DNA of 64,000 bases, taken from the NCBI GenBank assembly GCA_023267535.1, contig JAHFNC010000003.1, forward strand, positions 75,653-139,652, read 5' to 3'. Source of the stretch: a bacterium. GTDB taxonomy: Bacteria > Patescibacteriota > Minisyncoccia > Phycocordibacterales > UBA5272. Shown here in pieces: positions 30,490 to 40,427 of this stretch. A program made the position numbers and the translations under genes. Every line of letters starts with the position of its first letter. Position 1 is the first letter of the stretch. The notes beneath the pieces were generated by a model. It was not told where the DNA came from and did not search any database. It saw only the letters and a program-made list of their open reading frames with translations.

Positions 30490-30525
30490 TTAGCTTTGTA
30501 GTTTTTTATAGTTTAATATGTAGAA

Positions 30526-31299
30526 ATGAAACCTAAAAAATCTCTCGGGCAAAATTTCTTAACTTCTATTCCGGCACGAAATGCCATTGTAAAAGCAGGT
30601 AATATTGTAAAAGATGACACAATATTAGAAATTGGACCTGGAAAGGGAATGCTTACTGAAAAATTGCTGGAATCAGAAGCAAAAGTAATTGCTGTAGAAA
30701 AAGACACAAATCTTATAACATATTTATCGGAAAAATTTGCCGATAAAATAAAAAATAAACAATTTATTTTAATTAATGAAGATATTTTAAAATATAGCGC
30801 CGATAAAATAAAAGGAGAATATAAAATAGTGGCAAATATTCCATACAATATAACTGGGGCTATTATGGAAAAGTTTTTGTCGGACAAAAAACAACCTAGC
30901 GAAATGGTTTTGCTTGTTCAAAAAGAGGTGGCTGAAAGAATTGTAGCCAGAGACGAAAAAGAATCCATTCTCTCGTTGTCTATAAAAGTATATGGCGAGC
31001 CGAAAATAGTCTACAGAGTAAACAAGGGAAGTTTTTTTCCTATTCCAAAAGTGGACAGTGCGGTAATTCATATAAAAAATATATCAAAGAGTAATTTTAA
31101 AAGTAAAAAACACGAAGAAAGATTTTTTGAAATTGTTAAGGTTGGATTTTCCCATAAAAGAAAGGTTTTAATATCAAATTTGAAAGGAAAGTTTGAAAAA
31201 GTGGATTGGAAAGATGTTTTTCTGAATAATAATTTAGATGAAAAAACAAGGGCAGAGGACGTAAACCTAAAAGACTGGCTAAATATTTCTAATTTTTAA
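30526..31299 (+). CDS. rsmA: 16S rRNA dimethyladenosine transferase
   Basis: KSLGQNFL, EIGPGKG, ANIPYNIT, QKEVAER, PKVDSAV. Confidence 0.96.
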   Translation: MKPKKSLGQNFLTSIPARNAIVKAGNIVKDDTILEIGPGKGMLTEKLLESEAKVIAVEKDTNLITYLSEKFADKIKNKQFILINEDILKYSADKIKGEYKIVANIPYNITGAIMEKFLSDKKQPSEMVLLVQKEVAERIVARDEKESILSLSIKVYGEPKIVYRVNKGSFFPIPKVDSAVIHIKNISKSNFKSKKHEERFFEIVKVGFSHKRKVLISNLKGKFEKVDWKDVFLNNNLDEKTRAEDVNLKDWLNISNF

Positions 31300-31359
31300 A
31301 ACACTACCGTGGGGAAAAGTTTATTATAAGGAAGACTTTGGTGTTAAAATTACATTAAT

Positions 31360-32253
31360 ATGGACGAAACAACTATTTCTTTAAAAAAGAAGGATTTATT
31401 AATTTTATTAGTGGCCATTGTTATTATCGTTTTGCTTTCTTTAATGCCTGCGAAGTGGTTAGGTCTTGGAAGTAATAAATTAACACAAAATGTGCCAGGG
31501 GATTTAACTGTTATCAGTACTAAAATAAAAAATGGCGAAAATCCAATAGCCCCATACATCAAAAGTTTTAGTGATAATGGACAAGCCACAGATGTGAGCA
31601 CAGTTGACCCAGTGGTTAATGATGATAATAATATCACCACTCAATTTTCAAAAAATTCTTTCTCAATAGCGGCCGCTTTAAATAATCAGGGGGTAACGGA
31701 TACCAACACCGTAAATAAAGTCGGTGCAAATTTAGGAAATATCACTCAGTCGGATTTGTTTAAACCGAAATTTACAATTAACGATGTTAAGATTTCACAA
31801 AATAATGATGTTAAAACATTAAAAGATTATGGCAATAAGATTGTTGGAGAAACGGCAATAATCTTAGTAAGCTTGGTCGGCAATAAAGATACGGAAGATG
31901 TATCTAATTACATGAATGACAAGAACATCAGCGACCTTAAAAATTATGATGTCAAAATAACTTATACTCAAAAAGTAATAAATGATTTCAAACAACTCTC
32001 GGTCCCGCCATCTTTCGCTAATGCTCACTTAAATATGTTAAATAATTTAAACTCTTATTTGGTTATGTTAAAAGGATTTAGAGGAACTGACACTGATCCA
32101 CTATATTCATATATAGCGCTTAATAATTACGGAAATATTTCTAATTCATTTATAAATTCAATAAGAGAATATAAAACAATATTTGATAACAACTCAATTG
32201 TTTTTGGACCAAATGACCCAGGATATTTATTTAATAATCTAAATTATAAATAA
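31360..32253 (+). CDS. Membrane-anchored hypothetical protein (T4SS-like cluster)
   Basis: N-terminal TM and helical ectodomain; first gene of a co-oriented cluster. Confidence 0.8.
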   Translation: MDETTISLKKKDLLILLVAIVIIVLLSLMPAKWLGLGSNKLTQNVPGDLTVISTKIKNGENPIAPYIKSFSDNGQATDVSTVDPVVNDDNNITTQFSKNSFSIAAALNNQGVTDTNTVNKVGANLGNITQSDLFKPKFTINDVKISQNNDVKTLKDYGNKIVGETAIILVSLVGNKDTEDVSNYMNDKNISDLKNYDVKITYTQKVINDFKQLSVPPSFANAHLNMLNNLNSYLVMLKGFRGTDTDPLYSYIALNNYGNISNSFINSIREYKTIFDNNSIVFGPNDPGYLFNNLNYK

Positions 32254-32254
32254 C

Positions 32255-34000
32255 ATGAAAAAAATAATTATTTTGTTTGCGGTAATAGTGTTGGTAACAG
32301 GAAAGTACAAAGCTGAAGCCCAATTAGCTGTTGCTTGCGTCAATTGTTCAACTTGGATGTCCCAGGTGGGCATCCAAATTCCTAAAGAAATAATTACCGC
32401 CGTTGAAACAGGATATACAGCTGTTTCAACTGGACTGTCCGCAACAAAAGGAACAATTTTAGACCCAATAGCTAATATGCTGAAAAATACTGTTCTTAAC
32501 CAAATAACTAACACAACTTTAAATTGGGTAAGAAGTGGTGGAAAAACCAGTCTAAGTGGATCTTTATTTATAAATAATCCAGATAGATTTTTACAAAATG
32601 TAACCAACAATGCCACTCGTATTGCTATCAATCAAATGCAAGGACAAAACGGGGGAGACATGTTTACCAATAGCGTTATTGGCGCCGTTACAGCAAATGT
32701 ACGAAATGGGCAACTATCCATAAACGCCCAAGTGCCGTACACCCTAGCAACAACGATACAAAACGGTGCCTGCACTGATGCTAATTTATCTCAAATGGCA
32801 CTTAATGCTATCGGTGGAGGAGATTTAACTGACCCTGCAACCAGAGTCGCCTACAATCAGAAAAAATCAGATTTATATAATTCGTTATGTAAGACATCTG
32901 CTTCAGGAAGTTCTGGATCATCAGCGAACGGAAATAATCAGGCACAGAATCAACAGAAAGTAACAAATTGCTTTTTAGGGGATTTCAATTGTGGTGGGTG
33001 GAATGCTTTTCTTGATATGACAAATACCAATACTAATCCATATGCAGTACAAGCCCAGAGACAAGCCCTAGCCGTACAGCAAGCGGCAGACGCCAAAGCA
33101 AAAGCACAACTTGATATGCAAAATGGTAAGGGGGCAATAAGTCAAACAACTTGTGATAAAACACAAATAGACCCAAACAGTGGAAAGTCCATGTGTATAG
33201 GACAAACCATTGTCACTCCATCCTCTGTTGTCTCAGATACTATGAACAAATCGGCCTCACGTGGAGTAGATACTTTGATGAATTCACAAAACGATATATT
33301 CACAACATTTGCTAACGCTGCCATGACTGCGCTTATGAATGGAGTGTTCTCGTTATCATATAATAGTAGCGGTTCTGGTGGTGGGTCAATCACTTACAAT
33401 CCTACAACACCTATAAATACCGTTGTAGCAAGTTCAACCAATCAAAATGATTTATCGGTAGCAAACAAAACTACACTAGCAGCTCCTTTACTTGATAAAT
33501 TAAATGGCGAATTAGTGGAAATTGATACTATCAAAACAGGGGATGGCAATATTATTGCCATGCTAAACAGTTACGAGTCACAAGTTAACGGACTAACAGA
33601 TTGCTACGGTAGATTAATTGCCTTAAATCAGACCATGGCCAGTGATACTAGAGTTTTAGCAGGAAACACATTAGTAGACGCTAGAAAGTTACGAATAAGA
33701 AATGAAAGAAATTCTCTCCAAGCAGAAATAAATTCTTCGGCATCAACAACAGTTGCTATTAACGGTGTGAAAACTACAATCAGCAACACTTTCAGCACAA
33801 CAGTACTTGGACAAATAGCTGATTCAATTTCAACAGCCATAACAAACGGAACACTGCCAGCTCCCGGAACAGGTGCACAAAAAGAGGCAACCCTAATAAC
33901 CGAAAGACAAACAAATGATGATGATATAAAAAACAATATAGCTCCTAAAATCAATGAGTGTGAACAAATAATAGTTTCAATGAACAATATATCTCAGTAG
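32255..34000 (+). CDS. Secreted Cys-containing helical protein (T4SS-like cluster)
   Basis: Signal peptide ending AEA, CVNC and paired cysteines, Q/N/T-rich. Confidence 0.82.
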   Translation: MKKIIILFAVIVLVTGKYKAEAQLAVACVNCSTWMSQVGIQIPKEIITAVETGYTAVSTGLSATKGTILDPIANMLKNTVLNQITNTTLNWVRSGGKTSLSGSLFINNPDRFLQNVTNNATRIAINQMQGQNGGDMFTNSVIGAVTANVRNGQLSINAQVPYTLATTIQNGACTDANLSQMALNAIGGGDLTDPATRVAYNQKKSDLYNSLCKTSASGSSGSSANGNNQAQNQQKVTNCFLGDFNCGGWNAFLDMTNTNTNPYAVQAQRQALAVQQAADAKAKAQLDMQNGKGAISQTTCDKTQIDPNSGKSMCIGQTIVTPSSVVSDTMNKSASRGVDTLMNSQNDIFTTFANAAMTALMNGVFSLSYNSSGSGGGSITYNPTTPINTVVASSTNQNDLSVANKTTLAAPLLDKLNGELVEIDTIKTGDGNIIAMLNSYESQVNGLTDCYGRLIALNQTMASDTRVLAGNTLVDARKLRIRNERNSLQAEINSSASTTVAINGVKTTISNTFSTTVLGQIADSISTAITNGTLPAPGTGAQKEATLITERQTNDDDIKNNIAPKINECEQIIVSMNNISQ

Positions 34001-34079
34001 GTTATTCCCTAATAAACGTAACCAAATAAAAGCCTGTTTGCAGTTAAAAAACAGGCTTTTATTATGCTACAATAACACT

Positions 34080-36671
34080 ATGAAAAAGTTGATAGGACTT
34101 TTTGTTTTTGTAATAGCTTTTAGTGTGTTTTTGTTGCCAAAAACAACAATCGCTCAAGTGGTAACGGATAAAACTTACGCTGGGTACTCGGCTTTTTTTG
34201 ATACAGCTGTAAGCCAAGTAAACAATGCTAACGGTATAAATAGTAATGATAAACCTAAAGTGGTGAGTGTGGTTACTTCCGCTAAATATTGGTACGACAA
34301 CACATACAGAAACTCTACCGCCACAACTGAAGGGGCAAAATTATCTGAAGCTTTACAGAAAGCATATGATTCTGTAATAAGTGATACCGATAGCACTTTT
34401 TATCTTTCATTACAAGCTGGTAGCAGAACCCCTGCGGAAAGTTTCTTGTCCTCTTTTGGTGGACAGCTAAGGGTATACGCCAATGAGGCTGGTATAGTGC
34501 AGCAATTGGCTACAACAAATGGAACCACTACTCAAGCAGCTCAATCTCAACTAAATTCTCAAACAGCTAATCTGGCTGGCACGCAAGCCACAGCTTTAAA
34601 CGAACAACCTCAAAAATGTTCTTTCGGTCCTTCTTTTAGTATGTCGGCTTGTATTAATGATTTCGTTACTTGGCTTATAAAAGTAACTCTCTTAAACATT
34701 GCTTCTGTTTTACTTTGGGCGGCATCTTCTGTTCTTAATATGTCTATGCAATACGGAGTATTTCAGTTTGCATCATGGGCACCAGCAAGTTTATATCCAC
34801 TATGGCAAATAGTCAGGCAAGTAATGTCGCTATGTATAATTTTCGCCGGATTGTATGTTGGTTTTATGTATATAATAAATCAGCAAGATATTTTTATAAA
34901 AAGATTTATTCCGTGGCTTGTTGTTTTTGCTTTCTTTGTTAACTTTTCATACCCAATATCAAGAGCGCTTATAGATATATCAAATGTAACTTCACTAAAT
35001 ATATACTCTCAGGCTACTGGTAATGCAAATTTATTAGACAAAGACTACAATGGACCAAAAACAATGGGCTCAGAAATAATGACAAAGCTTGGATTACAAG
35101 ATTTAATTTTTACAGTAAACAATCCATCTAACACTTCTCTTTTGGGAAATTTAAATAGTCCAGGAATAGCATTAGTTGCCGTAGCGTATGTGTTATATGC
35201 CGCCTATGTTTTATTTATGTGTGCACTCTTAATAATGACTAGAACATTTGTTTTGATATTTACAATAATTGGATCTCCGATTCTTTTGATTGATTCGGTT
35301 ATACCAAAATTAGGAGAGTACGGTAAAAAGTTGCGCTCTTTATTTTTTGGGCAACTAGCTGTCTCTATTATTTTTACAATTATGTTTTATTTTGTAATAA
35401 AAGTTATGGAAATATTGGGTACAGCTTTGCCTGCCAAAATAAGTAATCTAAATGGAAGCCCTACTTCTGCTGATATTGCTGGTATGTTTTTTGGAATACT
35501 GATGATGCTTATACTGCTTCACATTATGCTTAAGGTAACCAAGAGCTTGAGTGGAGCAATTGGAGAAGTTGTTACAAAATACGGAAATGCCGCTTTGGGT
35601 GCGACGCTTGGCTTGGCAGCTGGAGGAGCTGGTTTAGCAGGAAGGGCTGTCATAGGACGTGGAGCAGCTGGGCTTGCTGAAAGTCAGTGGATGCAAAAAG
35701 CGCAAGGAAGTGCACTTGGTCGTATGGCATACAATGCCACCAACTCTGTGGGGAACAGTTCTTTTGATTTAAGAAATTCTGGTATCGCTCAGAGAGCGGG
35801 TGGTGCTTTTGCTAGCACCTTAGGAATAAAAGATGTAGGTCTCGGAAAAGGAAGTCAGACATCTTATAACAAAAACCTAGCAGAAAGAACGACTAGTTTT
35901 AAAAAGAAATACGGGGAAATTAAAGATGATAAAGCCAGACAAGAATATGCTAGGAATGTAAGCAACTCGGGAATCTTTGGTGAAGGTAAAAAAATAACAA
36001 AAGAAGTATTTTCAAAAGAAGAGGAAGAGGCTAGACGAGAAAACAAAGGAATTGATGCTCTCACAAATAAATATAGAAACTCAACAGGAGAAGACAGGCA
36101 AAACCTTTTCAAAAACTCCTCTTCTGATGCAAAACAGGCGATGAAAGGTACAGACGAAGCTGCGGGACGTAATGATGAATCTATCGCTAATCTCATGACA
36201 GAGGCTAAGGAAATAGATAAAACAGTAAAGAGCTATAATGAGTCTTCTTCTCCAGATAAAGAGCTCATTCTTAATATGCAAGAACAAAGTGTTAAAGATA
36301 TGCTAGTTGGGTCAGATAAAACAAAAGCTCAAAAGGTGAACAACTATGGCTCAGTTTCTGGAAACACAAAACAACAATATTTTGAGAAACAAAATGATGA
36401 TACAAAAGAAGCTATGTTGGAAAAAGATAAAGCAGAAGCCGAAAAAGAAAACATGGAAAGAGATAAACAAGAAGCCACAAAAACCGATAAAGTTGTAAAT
36501 GCTTACAATAATAAATCTGATGATACTAAACGAAAAATTTTTGATAATCAAAAAGATGACATTAAAAAAATCTTAATGGAACAAGATAGATCAAAAGCAG
36601 AACAAGAAAATAAAAACAGGGGAGAATCTACTCCTAACACCCAAATAAATCCAGTCCGTTTAGCAGCTTAA
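34080..36671 (+). CDS. VirB6/TrbL-like polytopic membrane protein with charged repetitive tail
   Basis: Signal peptide, multiple TMs (VNFSYPISRALID), Gly/Ala-rich segment, charged C-terminus; start ATG 34080. Confidence 0.75.
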   Translation: MKKLIGLFVFVIAFSVFLLPKTTIAQVVTDKTYAGYSAFFDTAVSQVNNANGINSNDKPKVVSVVTSAKYWYDNTYRNSTATTEGAKLSEALQKAYDSVISDTDSTFYLSLQAGSRTPAESFLSSFGGQLRVYANEAGIVQQLATTNGTTTQAAQSQLNSQTANLAGTQATALNEQPQKCSFGPSFSMSACINDFVTWLIKVTLLNIASVLLWAASSVLNMSMQYGVFQFASWAPASLYPLWQIVRQVMSLCIIFAGLYVGFMYIINQQDIFIKRFIPWLVVFAFFVNFSYPISRALIDISNVTSLNIYSQATGNANLLDKDYNGPKTMGSEIMTKLGLQDLIFTVNNPSNTSLLGNLNSPGIALVAVAYVLYAAYVLFMCALLIMTRTFVLIFTIIGSPILLIDSVIPKLGEYGKKLRSLFFGQLAVSIIFTIMFYFVIKVMEILGTALPAKISNLNGSPTSADIAGMFFGILMMLILLHIMLKVTKSLSGAIGEVVTKYGNAALGATLGLAAGGAGLAGRAVIGRGAAGLAESQWMQKAQGSALGRMAYNATNSVGNSSFDLRNSGIAQRAGGAFASTLGIKDVGLGKGSQTSYNKNLAERTTSFKKKYGEIKDDKARQEYARNVSNSGIFGEGKKITKEVFSKEEEEARRENKGIDALTNKYRNSTGEDRQNLFKNSSSDAKQAMKGTDEAAGRNDESIANLMTEAKEIDKTVKSYNESSSPDKELILNMQEQSVKDMLVGSDKTKAQKVNNYGSVSGNTKQQYFEKQNDDTKEAMLEKDKAEAEKENMERDKQEATKTDKVVNAYNNKSDDTKRKIFDNQKDDIKKILMEQDRSKAEQENKNRGESTPNTQINPVRLAA

Positions 36672-36718
36672 TGACAAAAAGACTTTGATTTCGTCTGTTT
36701 AAGAAGTAAACTAAAACA

Positions 36719-37417
36719 ATGAACGTCAGCGAACTACAAGATTATTTTGCCAATGCCGAACCAGAAATAAAAGTATTTTTGGCGTCTGACGAGCTGGAAA
36801 AATCTGTGGCGGTTTTAGGCGAATCTCATGGCCTACAAATTTCTAAATATCTAGCTCTTCAAAATGTTGTCACTCTTTTACTTATTGGAGCTCTCAAACC
36901 AGAAGGTGCAGTTGATTCATTGAAAGAACATCTAGAAATTACTGATAGCGCTGCTTATTTACTTGCTAAAGATATTGATGCTAGTATCTTGCAAAAAGTT
37001 AGGATGTCTATCTTTGGAAAAACGGAAGGCGAAATAAAAGAAATAAAATTAGGAAACCCTGATGAAAAAAGAGAATCACTTAGAGCTCAGATTGCTCAGG
37101 AAATAAATAAAAATCCTACCCCTCCAGAAAAAGATGACAGCAGAAAAGTCCCTACCATGTCCAGAAATGATTTAATGGAACAGCTTGGCTTACTTGAAAA
37201 AATACCAAACGATGAAGACGTAGAGAAAAGAATGGCTATTATAAAAGACCAATTAGAAAAAATAAAAAAAGAAGAGGAAGTGCAAGAAAAAGAGCAAGAA
37301 AAAGAAATTCTTTTAAAACCAAAAGAAATAGTGGTAACCGCAGAACCAAAAATGGCGCCTTACAGCGAAGCTCCAACGCATTATAATGTTGACCCTTATA
37401 AAGAAACCGTCGAGTAA
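36719..37417 (+). CDS. Hypothetical cytoplasmic protein with C-terminal DPYxE motif
   Basis: 232-aa acidic ORF ending YNVDPYKETVE. Confidence 0.8.
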   Translation: MNVSELQDYFANAEPEIKVFLASDELEKSVAVLGESHGLQISKYLALQNVVTLLLIGALKPEGAVDSLKEHLEITDSAAYLLAKDIDASILQKVRMSIFGKTEGEIKEIKLGNPDEKRESLRAQIAQEINKNPTPPEKDDSRKVPTMSRNDLMEQLGLLEKIPNDEDVEKRMAIIKDQLEKIKKEEEVQEKEQEKEILLKPKEIVVTAEPKMAPYSEAPTHYNVDPYKETVE

Positions 37418-37456
37418 GTAATTGGTTAATTAAACTTTTGAGATTATAATATAGCT

Positions 37457-37891
37457 ATGCAATTTAGAGTCCCACAATTTATTGATATTGAAGATAAAAT
37501 ATTTGGGCCTTTCACCTTGAAGCAATTTGCTTACATCATCGGAGCTCTTGGATTTTCTTTTATAATTTGGACATTCATCAGTAATAGACTAATAGCTTTT
37601 ATTCTTATACTTCCAGTGGCCGGACTATTCGTGGCTTTAGCTTTTGTTAAAGTAAATGAACGTCCGTTTGTTGATATGTTAGAAAGTGCATTTAAATATA
37701 TAACTAGCTCAAAAATATATACATGGAAACAACCAACGGTAGCCGAGGGGACTGAAAACAAAAAACCAAACCAAATTGTAACCGAAGCCACCAAGTCAGC
37801 GGTCATAGAAAATGTTAAAGCAAATAGATTACATGAAATTTCTGTCGGGCTTGATATTTTGGATCGTAACGATATCGGAGAAAATAGTTAA
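37457..37891 (+). CDS. PrgI family (VirB3-like) protein
   Basis: MQFRVPQFIDIEDKIFGPFTLKQF plus two TMs. Confidence 0.9.
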   Translation: MQFRVPQFIDIEDKIFGPFTLKQFAYIIGALGFSFIIWTFISNRLIAFILILPVAGLFVALAFVKVNERPFVDMLESAFKYITSSKIYTWKQPTVAEGTENKKPNQIVTEATKSAVIENVKANRLHEISVGLDILDRNDIGENS

Positions 37892-37954
37892 TTATACTGT
37901 TTTTCTTATCACTATTAACTAGTAACTACAAGCTAGCTTTGTTATACTTTTACT

Positions 37955-38611
37955 ATGGCTATTTCTACTGCTACACAGCAGTTTGTTCCAATAGATAAAA
38001 TAAGAGATGGAGTTATCGTATTAAAAAATGGAGAGTTAAGAGCAATCCTAATGACGAGCTCTCTTAATCTGTCTCTAAAAAGTACCGATGAGCAACAAGG
38101 AATAATTCTTCAGTTCCAAAATATGCTAAATTCCCTTGATTTTCCAATACAATTTTTTATACAATCACGTAGATTAGATATAAAACCCTATCTTGATTTA
38201 TTAGGGGAAAGAAGGACGGAAGTGAAAGAAGATTTATTAAAATTACAGATAAACGAGTACATCGGCTTTATAAAAAAATTTACTGATGAGGTAAATATTA
38301 TGACCAAACATTTTTTTATTGTCATTCCTTATATGCCTCCAGTTATATCACAAAAAAATGCTGGCATTTCTTCATTGCTTTCAATGGGAGCAACGAAAAC
38401 AACCAAAGAAGAAATAAGTTCTTTTGAAGAGAATCGTATGCAGTTGGAACAAAGAACAGCAACAGTAATGCAAGGAATTACTAGATTTGGAATAAGAGCT
38501 CAGAAATTAAAGACTGAGGAAATTGTGGAATTGTTTTATAAAATATTTAATCCTGGCGAGCAAGATCATTCCGTTCACTCCATAGCAACTAATTTAGGAA
38601 ACAAACAATAA
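37955..38611 (+). CDS. VirB4-associated protein (TraC/VirB4 N-terminal-like)
   Basis: NLSLKSTDEQ..I...QNMLNSLDFPIQF; lies between PrgI and VirB4. Confidence 0.75.
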   Translation: MAISTATQQFVPIDKIRDGVIVLKNGELRAILMTSSLNLSLKSTDEQQGIILQFQNMLNSLDFPIQFFIQSRRLDIKPYLDLLGERRTEVKEDLLKLQINEYIGFIKKFTDEVNIMTKHFFIVIPYMPPVISQKNAGISSLLSMGATKTTKEEISSFEENRMQLEQRTATVMQGITRFGIRAQKLKTEEIVELFYKIFNPGEQDHSVHSIATNLGNKQ

Positions 38612-38612
38612 T

Positions 38613-40427
38613 ATGGGAGCATTCGATTTTTTAAATTCAAAAAAAGATTCACCGATACAGCCAGTTTTACCTGAGCAAGTTTATCAAGTGGCAGAAATGC
38701 AACTGAAAGACATCATCGCGCCATCAGCACTCGGCATTCAACCAAAGATGCTGTCACTCGGGACAAGCGTTCTTCGTTCATACTTTGTAATTTCCTATCC
38801 AAGATTTTTAAATGATGGGTGGCTTAGTCCAATAATAAACTTAGATAAAGTTTTTGATATTTCTTTACAAGTTATTCCTCTTGATACTTCAAAGGTAATG
38901 AAGGATTTTCAAAGAAAGGTGGCTGAGGTAGAAAGTCAAATAATGAATCGTGAAGAGAAGGGGATGGTTCGTGACCCATCACTTGATGTGGCTTACAAAG
39001 ATTTGGAAGATTTGCGTGATGGACTAATACAAGCTCAAGAAAAAATGTTTGATGTTTCTTTATACTTTTCTATTTACGGAGAAAATGAGGACGAAATAAA
39101 TAAAGCAGAAAATGAAATCAGAACAATATTAGAAAGTAGAATGGTTTATGTAAAGCCAGCACTCTTCCAACAAGATGACGCTTTCTTAAGTATTATTCCT
39201 CTACAAACAGATGTTCTTCAAATAAAAAATAAAATGAATACTTCTCCTTTGTCTTCATTTTTTCCATTCGTATCTTTTGATCTATCAAGTGATAGAGGGA
39301 TTCTTTATGGAATAAATCGCCACAATGGAAGTTTGGTTTTGTTTGATAGATTTTCTCTTGAAAACTACAATTCTATAATTTTTGCCAAATCTGGATCTGG
39401 AAAAAGTTATGCTACTAAGCTTGAAATACTAAGGACACTGATGTTTGATACCGAAGTTATTATCATTGACCCAGAAAAAGAATATGAATATCTAGCTGAA
39501 TCCGTAGGTGGAAGGTATTTTGATATTTCTTTAACTAGCGAACACCATATAAATCCTTTCGACCTTCCACATCCAACCGAAGAAGAATCACCGTCTGAAA
39601 TTTTGCGTTCAAATATTGTAAATTTAGTGGGACTATTCCGTGTAATGCTTGGAGGCCTCACTCCAGAAGAAGATGCCATCATTGATCAAGCGTTATCTGA
39701 AACTTACGCCCTAAAAGATATCTCAGGCGACACTGATTTTACAAATATGGAACCACCGCTATTATCAGATTTTGAAACAGTGCTAGCTGGAATTGATGGC
39801 TCAGAAGATTTGCAACAAAAACTTTCAAAATATACCAAAGGAACTTGGGCTGGATTCATTAATCAACCTTCAAATGTTGATATCAACAAAAAATTAGTTT
39901 GTTTTTCTATTCGTGATATGGAAGATGAGCTAAAAGCAGTAGCAATGTATATCATTACTCACTATATATGGAATGCTATTAGAAAAAATATTAAGAGAAG
40001 ATTACTCGTAGTGGATGAGGCCTGGATTATGATGAAAAATGACGACACGGCCTCATTCTTATTTGGTTTAGCAAAAAGAGGACGAAAATATTATTTGGGA
40101 TTGGCAACTATTACTCAAGATGTGGGAGACTTCCTCAAATCTCCATACGGATTACCGATTATTACTAACTCTTCTATTCAAGTGTTACTTAAACAGTCGC
40201 CATCGTCCATTGACCAAATACAGCAAATATTTAGTTTAACCGATGAAGAAAAATTTTTACTGTTGGAATCAAATGTTGGGGAGGGTATATTCTTTGCTGG
40301 ATTAAAACACGTAGCCATAAAAATAGTGGCCTCTTACACGGAGGACCAAATCATCACCAGTGACCCATCTCAATTACTTAAGATAAAAGAGATGAAGGAA
40401 GAAATAAAAGAGGCAAAAACCGTATGA
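38613..40427 (+). CDS. virB4: VirB4-like secretion ATPase
   Basis: Walker A AKSGSGKS, IIDPEKEY, INPFD, Walker B VVDEAW, RGRKY, ITQD. Confidence 0.92.
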   Translation: MGAFDFLNSKKDSPIQPVLPEQVYQVAEMQLKDIIAPSALGIQPKMLSLGTSVLRSYFVISYPRFLNDGWLSPIINLDKVFDISLQVIPLDTSKVMKDFQRKVAEVESQIMNREEKGMVRDPSLDVAYKDLEDLRDGLIQAQEKMFDVSLYFSIYGENEDEINKAENEIRTILESRMVYVKPALFQQDDAFLSIIPLQTDVLQIKNKMNTSPLSSFFPFVSFDLSSDRGILYGINRHNGSLVLFDRFSLENYNSIIFAKSGSGKSYATKLEILRTLMFDTEVIIIDPEKEYEYLAESVGGRYFDISLTSEHHINPFDLPHPTEEESPSEILRSNIVNLVGLFRVMLGGLTPEEDAIIDQALSETYALKDISGDTDFTNMEPPLLSDFETVLAGIDGSEDLQQKLSKYTKGTWAGFINQPSNVDINKKLVCFSIRDMEDELKAVAMYIITHYIWNAIRKNIKRRLLVVDEAWIMMKNDDTASFLFGLAKRGRKYYLGLATITQDVGDFLKSPYGLPIITNSSIQVLLKQSPSSIDQIQQIFSLTDEEKFLLLESNVGEGIFFAGLKHVAIKIVASYTEDQIITSDPSQLLKIKEMKEEIKEAKTV

